Origin: a virus
Length of the DNA stretch: 64,000 nucleotides
Virus record (IMG/VR): IMGVR_UViG_3300050011_000393
Location: 1 to 64,000 of that record
Strand: one strand, 5' to 3'
The notes below the pieces were generated by a model that ran no database searches, was not told the DNA's origin, and saw only the letters and a program-made list of their open reading frames with translations. The position numbers were made by a program, and so were the translations under genes. Shown one piece after another: positions 16,570 to 25,513 of the stretch; the stretch's first letter is position 1; every line of letters begins with the position of its first letter.

Positions 16570-18893
16570 ACTATACATATCTTTACGCAGATTACGAAAC
16601 CTTCTCCCTGGCCGATCTCTCGGAAGTGGGTATCGACAACTACGCCAAGCACCCTTCAACAGGCATCAGCATGTGCGGCTGGGCGCTGGATGACGAAGAC
16701 GTTGATGCGTGGCTGCCCCATAAGGGCGCGATGCCGTCAAAACTTCTCGACGCCTTTCTGAACCCTAAAATCACTATCATCTCTTGGAATGCCTCGTTTG
16801 AATACAACATCACAAATCGCGTTGCGTTCGGTACACGCTACACAGGTTGCGGCGAGATTTTGCCGATGTCTCGATTCCGTGATCCAATGGTCTTGGCGCA
16901 CAATCTATCACTGCCCGGGTCGCTTGAAAAAGTTGCCATCATTCTCAAAATGGCCGAACAAAAAGACCCACGCGGAGATGAACTCAAATTTATGTTCTGC
17001 GAACCCGTCAGCAAGGGCGGAGAAATGACGCTGTTCGGTATCGCGCCGCCCCTGTTCCGCGATCACGTCAGCCATCCCCGAGAGTTTGCCGAATACATCG
17101 AGTACTGCAAACAAGACGTCCGCGCCGAGCGCGCGCTGTGGCTGCGCATGCTAAAGATAGGATTTCCTGAACGCGACTGGCAAGGGTGGCTGCTCGATCA
17201 GAAAATTAATCAATACGGTATTCCTGTCCGCCGAGACCTTTGCGAAAAAGGTTTGCGTCTGGCGCTGCGCTACATCAAAGACCAGCGCGATCTATGCAAG
17301 AAACTTACTGGGTTGGAAAATCCTAACTCTGATGTGCAGATGAAAGCCTGGGCCAAGGAGCGAGGATATACGCTGAACTCCATGCGCGCGAATACGGTCG
17401 CGGCCGAAATCGCCAACCCCAACTCTACTTTGACTCCTGAATGCAAGATTGCGCTCAGAGCGCGGGCATTTGCTCGTAAGTCTTCGTATACTAAAATCGA
17501 GAAATGTTTAAACCTGATGTCTCTCGATGATGACCGCATTCGATATCAGCTTCGATACATGGGTGCAGCGCGCACGGGGCGATGGGCGAGCGGCGGCGGC
17601 GAAGACGCTTCCATGCAGGTGCAGAATTTGCCGCGCGGCATGAAAGCGGTCAAGAAAAAACTGGCGCTTGCCTTGCAGTTGCTCGAAGCCGAGGATTACG
17701 AGGGTATCATTAAAGAGTTTACTGACACCAAGGACCCTAAGGATTCGATTTCTGTTGTGGATTTCGTTATCACGCTGCTGCGCTCGCTCTTTCAGGCGAA
17801 ACCTGGCAAGAAGTTTCTCGTCGCCGACAAGAACGCTATTGAAAATCGCATGCTGGGATGGGCTGCGGGCTGCAAGGCGATCTTAGACGTATTTCGCACA
17901 TGTACTGACTGCGGATTTGTGGTTGATGACCTCGACGGACCATTTTTATGTCCGAAGTGCGGCGGCAAGAAAGCCCGCTGCCCGTATATTTCGTTCGGGA
18001 CTCACCTATACTCCAAACCCTACGCCGAACTTTGGAAGAATTACCTCGCAGGCCAGGAAGAGGAGCGCCAGAATTCGAAGCCCCCAGTGTTGGGCGGGGG
18101 CTATGGCCTTGGTGGCGGAGAACTATATATCAATGAGTATGGTGACGAGGTTCGCGGCGGGTTGTGGGGCTATGCATTAAGCGTATGCGGCGTAGATATG
18201 CCGAAAGAACTAGCCCATAAAGCCGTCGAGATTTTGCGTAAGGCGTGGCCTGAAGTAGTTCAATTTTGGACCGATTTGGAAGAGGCGTTCAAACAGGTCT
18301 TCAAACGCGGCGGCAGCATTAAAGTTGGCGAAGTGACTTGGGACAAGAACGAGCACGCCTGGGTCGAGCACCCGACAAAGGGCAAAGGCTGTGTCATCAC
18401 ATTCCGTCGCATCAAAATGGATGACGGCCGTTACACTATCCGCATGGAGCTTCCGTCTGGCCGTGCGCTGCACTACATGAACGTCACTATCGAAGAAGAA
18501 AATCGCATCAGCAAAAAGACAGGCAAGCCCTACACCACGCACACACTGTATTACGATGGTGTAGAGCACAGTGCGACCCAGGGCAAGGATGGTAAGACTG
18601 AGAAGAAACGCCATAAATGGGGACGCGTTAAAACTTACGGCGGAAAAATCTGCGAGAACGCGATTCAGGCTATGTCGCGCGACGACCTTTTGAATAGCAT
18701 GCTGCTGGCCGACGACATGGGTTTTCATCTGTGGGGTTTGTTCCATGACGAACTTGCCGCAGAAGAGGATGACACGTTTGATGGTCTGCAACTGGCAGAC
18801 TTGATCTGGTGCATGACGCAAGTTCCTGATTGGGCTCCTGGCCTACTACTTGGCGCTGAGGGATTCGAGTCGCAGGTATATAAAAAAGGATAG
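16566..18893 (+). CDS. Family A DNA polymerase (SPO2-like) with 3'-5' exonuclease
   Basis: ADYETFS, WNASFE, YCKQDV; ARTGRW; DKNAIENR (motif A), RQNSK...GYG (B), FHDE (C). Confidence 0.92.
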   Translation: MNYTYLYADYETFSLADLSEVGIDNYAKHPSTGISMCGWALDDEDVDAWLPHKGAMPSKLLDAFLNPKITIISWNASFEYNITNRVAFGTRYTGCGEILPMSRFRDPMVLAHNLSLPGSLEKVAIILKMAEQKDPRGDELKFMFCEPVSKGGEMTLFGIAPPLFRDHVSHPREFAEYIEYCKQDVRAERALWLRMLKIGFPERDWQGWLLDQKINQYGIPVRRDLCEKGLRLALRYIKDQRDLCKKLTGLENPNSDVQMKAWAKERGYTLNSMRANTVAAEIANPNSTLTPECKIALRARAFARKSSYTKIEKCLNLMSLDDDRIRYQLRYMGAARTGRWASGGGEDASMQVQNLPRGMKAVKKKLALALQLLEAEDYEGIIKEFTDTKDPKDSISVVDFVITLLRSLFQAKPGKKFLVADKNAIENRMLGWAAGCKAILDVFRTCTDCGFVVDDLDGPFLCPKCGGKKARCPYISFGTHLYSKPYAELWKNYLAGQEEERQNSKPPVLGGGYGLGGGELYINEYGDEVRGGLWGYALSVCGVDMPKELAHKAVEILRKAWPEVVQFWTDLEEAFKQVFKRGGSIKVGEVTWDKNEHAWVEHPTKGKGCVITFRRIKMDDGRYTIRMELPSGRALHYMNVTIEEENRISKKTGKPYTTHTLYYDGVEHSATQGKDGKTEKKRHKWGRVKTYGGKICENAIQAMSRDDLLNSMLLADDMGFHLWGLFHDELAAEEDDTFDGLQLADLIWCMTQVPDWAPGLLLGAEGFESQVYKKG

Positions 18894-18900
18894 AATAGTC

Positions 18901-18930
18901 TTGACACCCGTATTAGTACTTTGGTACTAT
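18901..18930 (+). promoter_or_regulatory. sigma70 promoter overlapped by GTAC-N4-GTAC operator
   Basis: TTGACA-N18-TACTAT; GTAC-TTTG-GTAC at 18916-18927. Confidence 0.75.
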
Positions 18931-18936
18931 GCCTGA

Positions 18937-20151
18937 GTGAGCGAACTTATCCTGCAAGACCAAACCATTGAGTTTGCAAAACTGGTCGTGGCTGCTGGAT
19001 GGGAGTGGTGCGGCCTGCAGGAAGCAATTCCACCCGCTCCGCCCGTTCTGATTATTCAGAAATGGGGCGTCATAAAACGAATTCCGGTTGACCCAGAAAA
19101 TTTTGATCCTGTAAAGACGGCAACTCTGTATATCCCCCCACTGGAGAAGAAAATGACCGACAAACCGAAATTGAATTTGCGCCAGAAGTTGGTTCAGATC
19201 TATAAGAACCTCGACCACGTCGCCAAGGCGGGAGAGAACAAGAAGCAAGGATATAATTTCGTCCGCGCGGCCGACGTTCTGCGCGCAATTCGCGACGAGT
19301 TTGCGACGCTGGGAATCTATGCCGAAACGAATTTTGAATACCTCGGCAGCTATGACATCAAGACCAACAGCGGCGGCAATATGCACACTGCAACGGTAAA
19401 AGCGACGCTTAAACTGTACGATTGCGATTCCGATGAAACTAAGGTGATAAGCGGACTGGGCGACGGAGCAGACGGCGGCGATAAAGGCATATACAAGGCC
19501 CAAACAGGCGCGGTGAAAAACGCGCTCCGCAACGGCACTCTCTTGCCCGACGAAGGGGACCCGAATGGCGGAGACCCTGAAGGCGACCAAAACGTCGACG
19601 AGCAAACGACGGGGAACTATTCCCACAACAGCAGCACAACCGCGATTCCTGACTTTCACGAGGCACAACACGCTTCTCCGAAGCCGAACCCAGCCCCGAA
19701 GGCTCAGAAGCCTACAGAGGCTCCCAAAACGGCTCCTGTGAAGCCAGAACCAGTGCCCTTGCCGCAGACGTCTATGACCCCGGCCGTTGCGCAGGCGTCT
19801 ATCGCGGCTCCTGAGAATGTCCCTGGGAAGGGTGATGCATACGAAGGGCCAGAAGACACCACCCTGCCGACGGAAGCTGAACTGGTCGAATACCGCGCAC
19901 GGTTCAAAACCCTAGCTGATGATCTCTCAACTGCAGGTAAACTAAAAACCAGTCGCGGTCTACCTATCAACCGCAAGCTGCTGGTGTTCTTGATTAGCAT
20001 TACCAAAGCGGCCGATGCGAAGAACATTTCCAAATCGCAATGGGATAATTTTTTTAGTCGAGTCGATGCTGCGAAATCCAATGAAGCGGTCGGCCTAATC
20101 GGCCTCGCTAAGTTGGTAAACAAAGCAAACGGTCTCGACGAAAAGAAGTAG
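18937..20151 (+). CDS. ERF-family ssDNA annealing protein (internal SD-led start likely at 19153)
   Basis: LRQKLVQI...KAGENKKQGYNF...GADGGDKGIYKAQTGAVK. Confidence 0.8.
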   Translation: MSELILQDQTIEFAKLVVAAGWEWCGLQEAIPPAPPVLIIQKWGVIKRIPVDPENFDPVKTATLYIPPLEKKMTDKPKLNLRQKLVQIYKNLDHVAKAGENKKQGYNFVRAADVLRAIRDEFATLGIYAETNFEYLGSYDIKTNSGGNMHTATVKATLKLYDCDSDETKVISGLGDGADGGDKGIYKAQTGAVKNALRNGTLLPDEGDPNGGDPEGDQNVDEQTTGNYSHNSSTTAIPDFHEAQHASPKPNPAPKAQKPTEAPKTAPVKPEPVPLPQTSMTPAVAQASIAAPENVPGKGDAYEGPEDTTLPTEAELVEYRARFKTLADDLSTAGKLKTSRGLPINRKLLVFLISITKAADAKNISKSQWDNFFSRVDAAKSNEAVGLIGLAKLVNKANGLDEKK

Positions 20152-20194
20152 TCATACGCCCCTTCGGGGGAAACTCAAATAAAGGTGGTGTAGA

Positions 20195-20656
20195 ATGGCT
20201 TCATCAGTGAACAAAGTGATCTTGGTCGGACGCCTGGGCAAAGACCCCGAAGTCCGATTCACGCAAGGAGGCAAGGCAGTCGCAAACTTCAGTATCGCAA
20301 CCGACGAATCCTTCAAGGATGCCAGCGGCGAGAAGCAGAAGAAAACCGAATGGCACAACATCGTTGTATGGGGCAACTCCGTCGAGGCTTTCGTACAAAA
20401 GTATTTGCATAAGGGGGATATGGTGTACATCGAAGGCAAGCTGCAGACGCGGTCATGGGAAAAAGACGGCGTGAAGAAATACACGACCGAAGTTAACGTG
20501 ACCGACATCAAGGGCCTGGTCCTGGGCGATAGCGAGAGTCAGCCCGCAGCGCAGCAGCAACAGCGTCCTGCGGCCACCCAGTCCCGTTCAGCGGTTGTCC
20601 GACGAGATACTGCGCCTATGGCGGCGCAAGTGGACGACGAAGACATGCCGTTCTAA
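20195..20656 (+). CDS. ssb: Single-stranded DNA-binding protein
   Basis: SVNKVILVGRLGKDPE...TEWH...IEGKLQTRSW; acidic DDEDMPF tail. Confidence 0.97.
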   Translation: MASSVNKVILVGRLGKDPEVRFTQGGKAVANFSIATDESFKDASGEKQKKTEWHNIVVWGNSVEAFVQKYLHKGDMVYIEGKLQTRSWEKDGVKKYTTEVNVTDIKGLVLGDSESQPAAQQQQRPAATQSRSAVVRRDTAPMAAQVDDEDMPF

Positions 20657-20721
20657 CGATACGAACGGGGCGGCCTCGGTAAAAGGGCCCGATTTTACCA
20701 GTCAGCATCTACGGGGCCGAG

Positions 20722-20919
20722 ATGCTGACATTTTTTTTTGAGGAAAATATGCTGCATCGCATCTATGACCGAATTTCTTCTGGCTTTTGGCAAGGACTTG
20801 GGCTAGAGTTATCCTTCCTGATGCTCTGGTTCGGGTCATGGCTCCTGCACTCGCGGGTAGGCCATCGACTCGAACCCGGGCATTGGTTTCATAAAATCCA
20901 CGACTATTTCACCAAGTGA
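20722..20919 (+). CDS. Small membrane protein
   Basis: Hydrophobic segment; GAGG SD before an internal ATG. Confidence 0.45.
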   Translation: MLTFFFEENMLHRIYDRISSGFWQGLGLELSFLMLWFGSWLLHSRVGHRLEPGHWFHKIHDYFTK

Positions 20920-20926
20920 GGCTGCT

Positions 20927-23293
20927 TTGTTCCAACGAAACCCAGACCAGCACCAAGTTATCTGCGACCACTTGGGGCCGCGTTCAGTTGTGGCTGGGCC
21001 AGGTAGCGGCAAGAGCAGTACGATGGTTGAATTTATTAAAGATTTGATCTACAAACATGGCGTATCTCCTTCCGAAATTCGGGCCGTCACCTTCTCGAAA
21101 GAGATGGCCACGGTACTGGAAAAGAAAATCAAAATCCCAGGCATTGCGTCCACGTTCCACAGTTTGGGCTACCTGATCTGTTCCGAGACAGAACGCAAGC
21201 CCGTTGAGCCTGAGCTGCGGTATCGGTTGATGTGCCAGCTATGCAAGAAGTGGGGACTGGATTACAAAGAACTGGATCACTTCATCGCCAAAATGCGCCG
21301 CAGTAACATCACCCCGACCGAATGCATTGAAAGTGGCGAGTATGATTATGGATATGCCAGCGCGTATGTGACATACGAAAATTCCCGCGCCGAACAAGGC
21401 TGGATGGACTTTGATTGTCAGCCCCCTGAAACGCAAGTTACCATGGCGAATGGTGAAACAAAGCGGATGGACGCTCTGCAAGTTGGAGACTCCGTGCTTT
21501 CGTGGAATCGAAGAAATCAGGCGTTTAGGAGTCGCCGTGTTTCTGGTATTTCTAGACACGCACACTATGGAAAACTCGTTACGGTGCGGTGCGGAAACAA
21601 AAAGACCCGAGCCACCCGCAATCACTGGTTCTGGGTAAAATTCAACGAAGCTGCTAAAAATCAGTACGCAGTTTACCTGATGTGGCGAGAGGGCTTTGGA
21701 TTTCGCGTCGGGCAGTGTAAATTCTTTTCTCGCGGATACTCAAACTGGACTACTCGGATGAAACATCAAGTTGCCGACAAAATGTGGGTCTTGAGTGTTA
21801 CTACAGATTATTACGAGGCGTTGACCCGCGAAGCGGAGGTCTCAGTTAAATATGGCATCCCTCAGACGGTATTTGTGGGGGCGCGCGGGTACCCGACGTC
21901 TGAGGCTATTAATCGCATATTTCTGGCAGCCGATACACAAAACGGAATACGCTGTCTCGCGGACTATGCCTTGCAGTGGGACCGACCGCTTATAGCGAAG
22001 CAAGCAAAAATGCAGCAATGGACTCGCAAAAAAGGCGGGTTTATAAAGGTCTCTGCGTGCAATCTTCTCCCGCATATTATGTCCCTGCCGGACGACGGAG
22101 CCATTACTGAGATTCAACGAGTTCCGTACACGGGCGATGTATACGGACTAAGCGTTGATATTGACCACACCTATGTGGCCGATGGACTTATTACAGGGAA
22201 CTCAATGCTGGCCGACGCCGTCCAGCTACTGGAAAAGCCCGATGTGCGCGCTAGATGGCAGCCCAAGTTCCTAGTCGTCGACGAAGCCCAGGATACTGAC
22301 GACTGCCAATGGCGTATGATGCAGTTAATGGCGGCGCAACACAACAACATCACGGTTGTCGGCGATCCCAACCAAGCTATCTACGGTTTCCGTGGCGCGA
22401 AGCCCGAAAACATCACCAACTTCAATCAGTGGTTTCCTGGCGGCCGAAAATACTACCTCGGCAAGAACTACCGCTCGACGCAGACCATCGTGAAGTTCGT
22501 GCGAGAGAACGCGCCTGAGGATACCCCAAAGGAATTGTTAGACCGCATGGTCGCGGCGCGTGCAGAGAAGGGCGCACCTATCGGATTGAAAATGTACTGG
22601 ACCGACGACGCGGAAGCTGAGTCCGCCCTGGCGCTGGCGAAGAAAGACCCGCTCAATTCAATTATTCTTGCCCGCACAAACCGCATGGTGGGGCTCTTAG
22701 AGCGGCTGTGCAATCGCCATAAGGTCCGTTACCATCTGATGGGTAAAACTGGGTTCTGGAAACAAAATGAAATCCGTAAAGCTATTGAAGCGATGAAAGA
22801 TTACCCGAACCTGTCGACCGAAGCGGCGTTCAACCTGGCGTTGCCTGACCTCGAAGCCAAGTATGCTGTCGCAGATCGGACAGAGCGAGACAACGACGCT
22901 CTGGATAATTTGAAAGTGATTCGCCTAATCGGGAAAGACTTTCGAACTGCGCGGGAATTTACGATCTATGGCAACAAGATGATGCATCGGCGCAATGACC
23001 CGAAGGGTGTGACTATCTCAACCGTGCATCAATCCAAGGGCGGTGAGTGGAAGAACGTGTTCATCATCGGCGCGAACGCCAAGGGGTTCCCGCACACGAA
23101 GGGCGACCCTAAAGAAGAGAAGCGCATATACTTCGTGGCCATCAGCAGGGCCATTGATAATCTGCGCATCTCTTTCTCCGGTACTCCTAGTCCGTACTTG
23201 CGAAAATATCTCACAGATGAAGTGCTCGATAAATTACGCGAGCACGCCGAAGAGGTGGACCACCTGCAGGAACAGCATAAACTTTTCGTTTAA
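20927..23293 (+). CDS. UvrD/PcrA-type SF1 helicase containing an intein
   Basis: AGPGSGKS, STFHS, VDEAQD, VGDPNQAIYGFRGA, NYRS, STVHQSKGGEW, YFVAISRA. Confidence 0.92.
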   Translation: MFQRNPDQHQVICDHLGPRSVVAGPGSGKSSTMVEFIKDLIYKHGVSPSEIRAVTFSKEMATVLEKKIKIPGIASTFHSLGYLICSETERKPVEPELRYRLMCQLCKKWGLDYKELDHFIAKMRRSNITPTECIESGEYDYGYASAYVTYENSRAEQGWMDFDCQPPETQVTMANGETKRMDALQVGDSVLSWNRRNQAFRSRRVSGISRHAHYGKLVTVRCGNKKTRATRNHWFWVKFNEAAKNQYAVYLMWREGFGFRVGQCKFFSRGYSNWTTRMKHQVADKMWVLSVTTDYYEALTREAEVSVKYGIPQTVFVGARGYPTSEAINRIFLAADTQNGIRCLADYALQWDRPLIAKQAKMQQWTRKKGGFIKVSACNLLPHIMSLPDDGAITEIQRVPYTGDVYGLSVDIDHTYVADGLITGNSMLADAVQLLEKPDVRARWQPKFLVVDEAQDTDDCQWRMMQLMAAQHNNITVVGDPNQAIYGFRGAKPENITNFNQWFPGGRKYYLGKNYRSTQTIVKFVRENAPEDTPKELLDRMVAARAEKGAPIGLKMYWTDDAEAESALALAKKDPLNSIILARTNRMVGLLERLCNRHKVRYHLMGKTGFWKQNEIRKAIEAMKDYPNLSTEAAFNLALPDLEAKYAVADRTERDNDALDNLKVIRLIGKDFRTAREFTIYGNKMMHRRNDPKGVTISTVHQSKGGEWKNVFIIGANAKGFPHTKGDPKEEKRIYFVAISRAIDNLRISFSGTPSPYLRKYLTDEVLDKLREHAEEVDHLQEQHKLFV
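21416..22201 (+). mobile_element. Intein (262 aa) in the UvrD helicase
   Basis: Starts CQPPETQVTMANG, block B RATRNHWF, ends VYGLSVDIDHTYVADGLITGN followed by +1 Ser; removal restores DFD-SML. Confidence 0.9.
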
Positions 23294-23315
23294 TTTATTT
23301 TGGGACATACTTCTT

Positions 23316-23334
23316 GACTTTTCATATCATAAGT
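23316..23334 (+). promoter_or_regulatory. GACT-N8-CATAAGT motif
   Basis: Exact copy upstream of the endonuclease gene. Confidence 0.65.
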
Positions 23335-23348
23335 AGTAGAGTAAAAAT

Positions 23349-23825
23349 ATGAAGATATGTTCGAAATGCAAAACTCCTAAACCTGCGGTACATTTCCGCA
23401 AAGACCCTCGGTATAGGGGGGGACGATTCTGCTGGTGTTACGACTGCACAAAAGCGTACGGCAGTAGCCCAGAAAAACTCGCAAAAGACCGCGCTAGGCG
23501 CAGAGAGAGATTTTCCGACCCTATGATTCGAGAAGTCCACAACGCGGATTGTAGGGCAAGGTATGCAACACCCGCAGGAAAGCGGAGACATAAAGATGAG
23601 ATGTACCAGCGGAAATATGGAATTACCCTTGATTTTTTCGAATCGGAAGTAAAAAACCAAAATAAATGTTGCAAACTATGCGGGAAACGACGTAGACTCG
23701 TGGCAGACCATAACCACAAAACCGGGAAATACCGAGGCGCAATCTGCGGCATATGTAATGTGGCGGTTGGGCGAATCGAAGCGGTTCCAGATTTTATTCC
23801 AAAAGTTCAGGAGTATATTCAATGA
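23349..23825 (+). CDS. Endonuclease VII-like homing endonuclease
   Basis: CSKC...RKYGIT...CKLCG...DHNHKTGKYRGAICGICN. Confidence 0.85.
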   Translation: MKICSKCKTPKPAVHFRKDPRYRGGRFCWCYDCTKAYGSSPEKLAKDRARRRERFSDPMIREVHNADCRARYATPAGKRRHKDEMYQRKYGITLDFFESEVKNQNKCCKLCGKRRRLVADHNHKTGKYRGAICGICNVAVGRIEAVPDFIPKVQEYIQ

Positions 23826-24943
23826 GCCTAATGAAACCCCATCTCTACATAAATAGTCGCGGTTTTTTTGTAACCCGTCACAGCTACAGCGGGTCCGAAT
23901 CATTTGGTTTTTGTCCCCGCAAATATTATCTGGAGCGCGTGCAAGGCTGGTCCGAAAAAGTCGACCGCGCCGCGCGCTACTTCGGTATTGCGCTCGAAGC
24001 GGGTGTGACTTTCTGGCATCAGCATCGCCAGGACGGCCCTGCGGCCGTGACGGAATTTGTGCGCCTGTGGGCGGAGCACAAAGACAAGCCCTACGTATAC
24101 TCCAAACCAGAGCGTGACTGGGACTGTCTGAACCTGACTGGTCAGGAACTCCTTCGCCTTTACTTTGTCCGCTACCCGACTTTCCCATACATTGTGAATA
24201 ATCCGCAGGATTTCCAGGTCCAAACCAACTTCGAAGTTTTTCCTGGCACAAAGCTGGCAGGCCTTGAATTCACTTCGTACATCGACTTGATTGCCCAATT
24301 GAAAACATCCTTCCGAGACCTGATTATTGATATCAAAACCTCGGGCAAGGATGTTCCTGAACTGACAGTTCTCGATCCGCAGTTGCGCAGTTACTCATGG
24401 GTCAAGAATATTCCTGACGTAGCGTTCTTGTGGTTCCGAAAAATGGGTCGTGAAATCTCGAAGGGCGACCGAGCGACGATTCTGGAGTCTTATGCCGGAT
24501 TTGAGCCTGGTGCCGATGTAATCGTACTATCCACGGATGACTTCGGAGCGTGGGTCACGGCGGACCCCGCTATTGAAGAGGCCATGGGTGCTCTGTTCAC
24601 TGATAAGAAAAAAGCGACTGAGCTCGCCAAGCAGGCGTACATCGAAGCCAACGGAAAGCACGTCGTCGAGACGGCGCTCACCAAGCAGCGGGTTCAATTC
24701 AAGATGGCTACCATCTCGAAAGAGAGCGCGGAGGACGTCGGCCGCTCGATCAAACGGGATGTGATCAACATTGCGGCATCTAACGAGAAGGATTTCTGGC
24801 CCCTTCAAAGCGGGGTGAGATTCCCAAATGAAAAATGCCCAAATTGCTGCATGCGGGGTATTTGTGCTGAAAAACCGGAACTTAGGGATCTACTCGTGGA
24901 ACGAAAGCAGGTAGATGAGTTTCGAGATTTTGACCATGAGTAG
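23822..24943 (+). CDS. PD-(D/E)XK exonuclease (Cas4/AddB-like, Fe-S Cys cage)
   Basis: SYS...CPRKY; YIDL...IIDIKTS...QLRSY; C-terminal CPNCCMRGIC. Confidence 0.82.
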   Translation: MSLMKPHLYINSRGFFVTRHSYSGSESFGFCPRKYYLERVQGWSEKVDRAARYFGIALEAGVTFWHQHRQDGPAAVTEFVRLWAEHKDKPYVYSKPERDWDCLNLTGQELLRLYFVRYPTFPYIVNNPQDFQVQTNFEVFPGTKLAGLEFTSYIDLIAQLKTSFRDLIIDIKTSGKDVPELTVLDPQLRSYSWVKNIPDVAFLWFRKMGREISKGDRATILESYAGFEPGADVIVLSTDDFGAWVTADPAIEEAMGALFTDKKKATELAKQAYIEANGKHVVETALTKQRVQFKMATISKESAEDVGRSIKRDVINIAASNEKDFWPLQSGVRFPNEKCPNCCMRGICAEKPELRDLLVERKQVDEFRDFDHE

Positions 24944-25487
24944 GCCCACCATGGTCATAGAGAACGGGACCCGTTTCGGAAAACTGGTCGTGCGCAGTCG
25001 AGTTACCGAAGGGAGAAACCGAGATTCAAAATATCTGTGTGATTGTGATTGCGGAAGATCATCCACTCCCACAGGTACAAGTCTAAAAACCGGGAATTCC
25101 AAAGGGTGTGGGATTTGCTATAAACTCAACTATTGTGTGCCAGACTCCGCATTGAGTCGGGCCTACCGCACGTATAAACGCGGGGCTAATAAAAAAGAAG
25201 TATCGTTTCAATTAACCTTTCCTGAATTTGTTTTTCTAACTAAACAGTCTTGCAGTTATTGCGGCGCGGCACCTAGTGTAAACTCATATTCCGAAGATGC
25301 GAAAGTTAAAGTACCAATGAACGGAGTAGACCGAGTCGACTCCGCGCAAGGGTATTCTCTAATCAACTGCGTTCCGTGCTGCACGACTTGTAATTTAGCG
25401 AAATTGGATACCAACGTCGTAGAGTTTATGGCATGGATTCAAAGGGTTCATGCACACCTGTTTGACTTTGGCAAGGAATCAGAGTAG
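24936..25487 (+). CDS. HNH-type homing endonuclease
   Basis: GTRFGKLVV...CDCG; CSYCG...GVDRVDS..GY...NCVPCC..CN. Confidence 0.85.
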   Translation: MSRPTMVIENGTRFGKLVVRSRVTEGRNRDSKYLCDCDCGRSSTPTGTSLKTGNSKGCGICYKLNYCVPDSALSRAYRTYKRGANKKEVSFQLTFPEFVFLTKQSCSYCGAAPSVNSYSEDAKVKVPMNGVDRVDSAQGYSLINCVPCCTTCNLAKLDTNVVEFMAWIQRVHAHLFDFGKESE

Positions 25488-25513
25488 AGTCAGTAAGCCT
25501 GCAGAGACAACCT

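Noticed and set aside
23822-24943. CRISPR-associated Cas4 locus
   Set aside because: No repeat-spacer array or other cas genes seen; context is phage recombination
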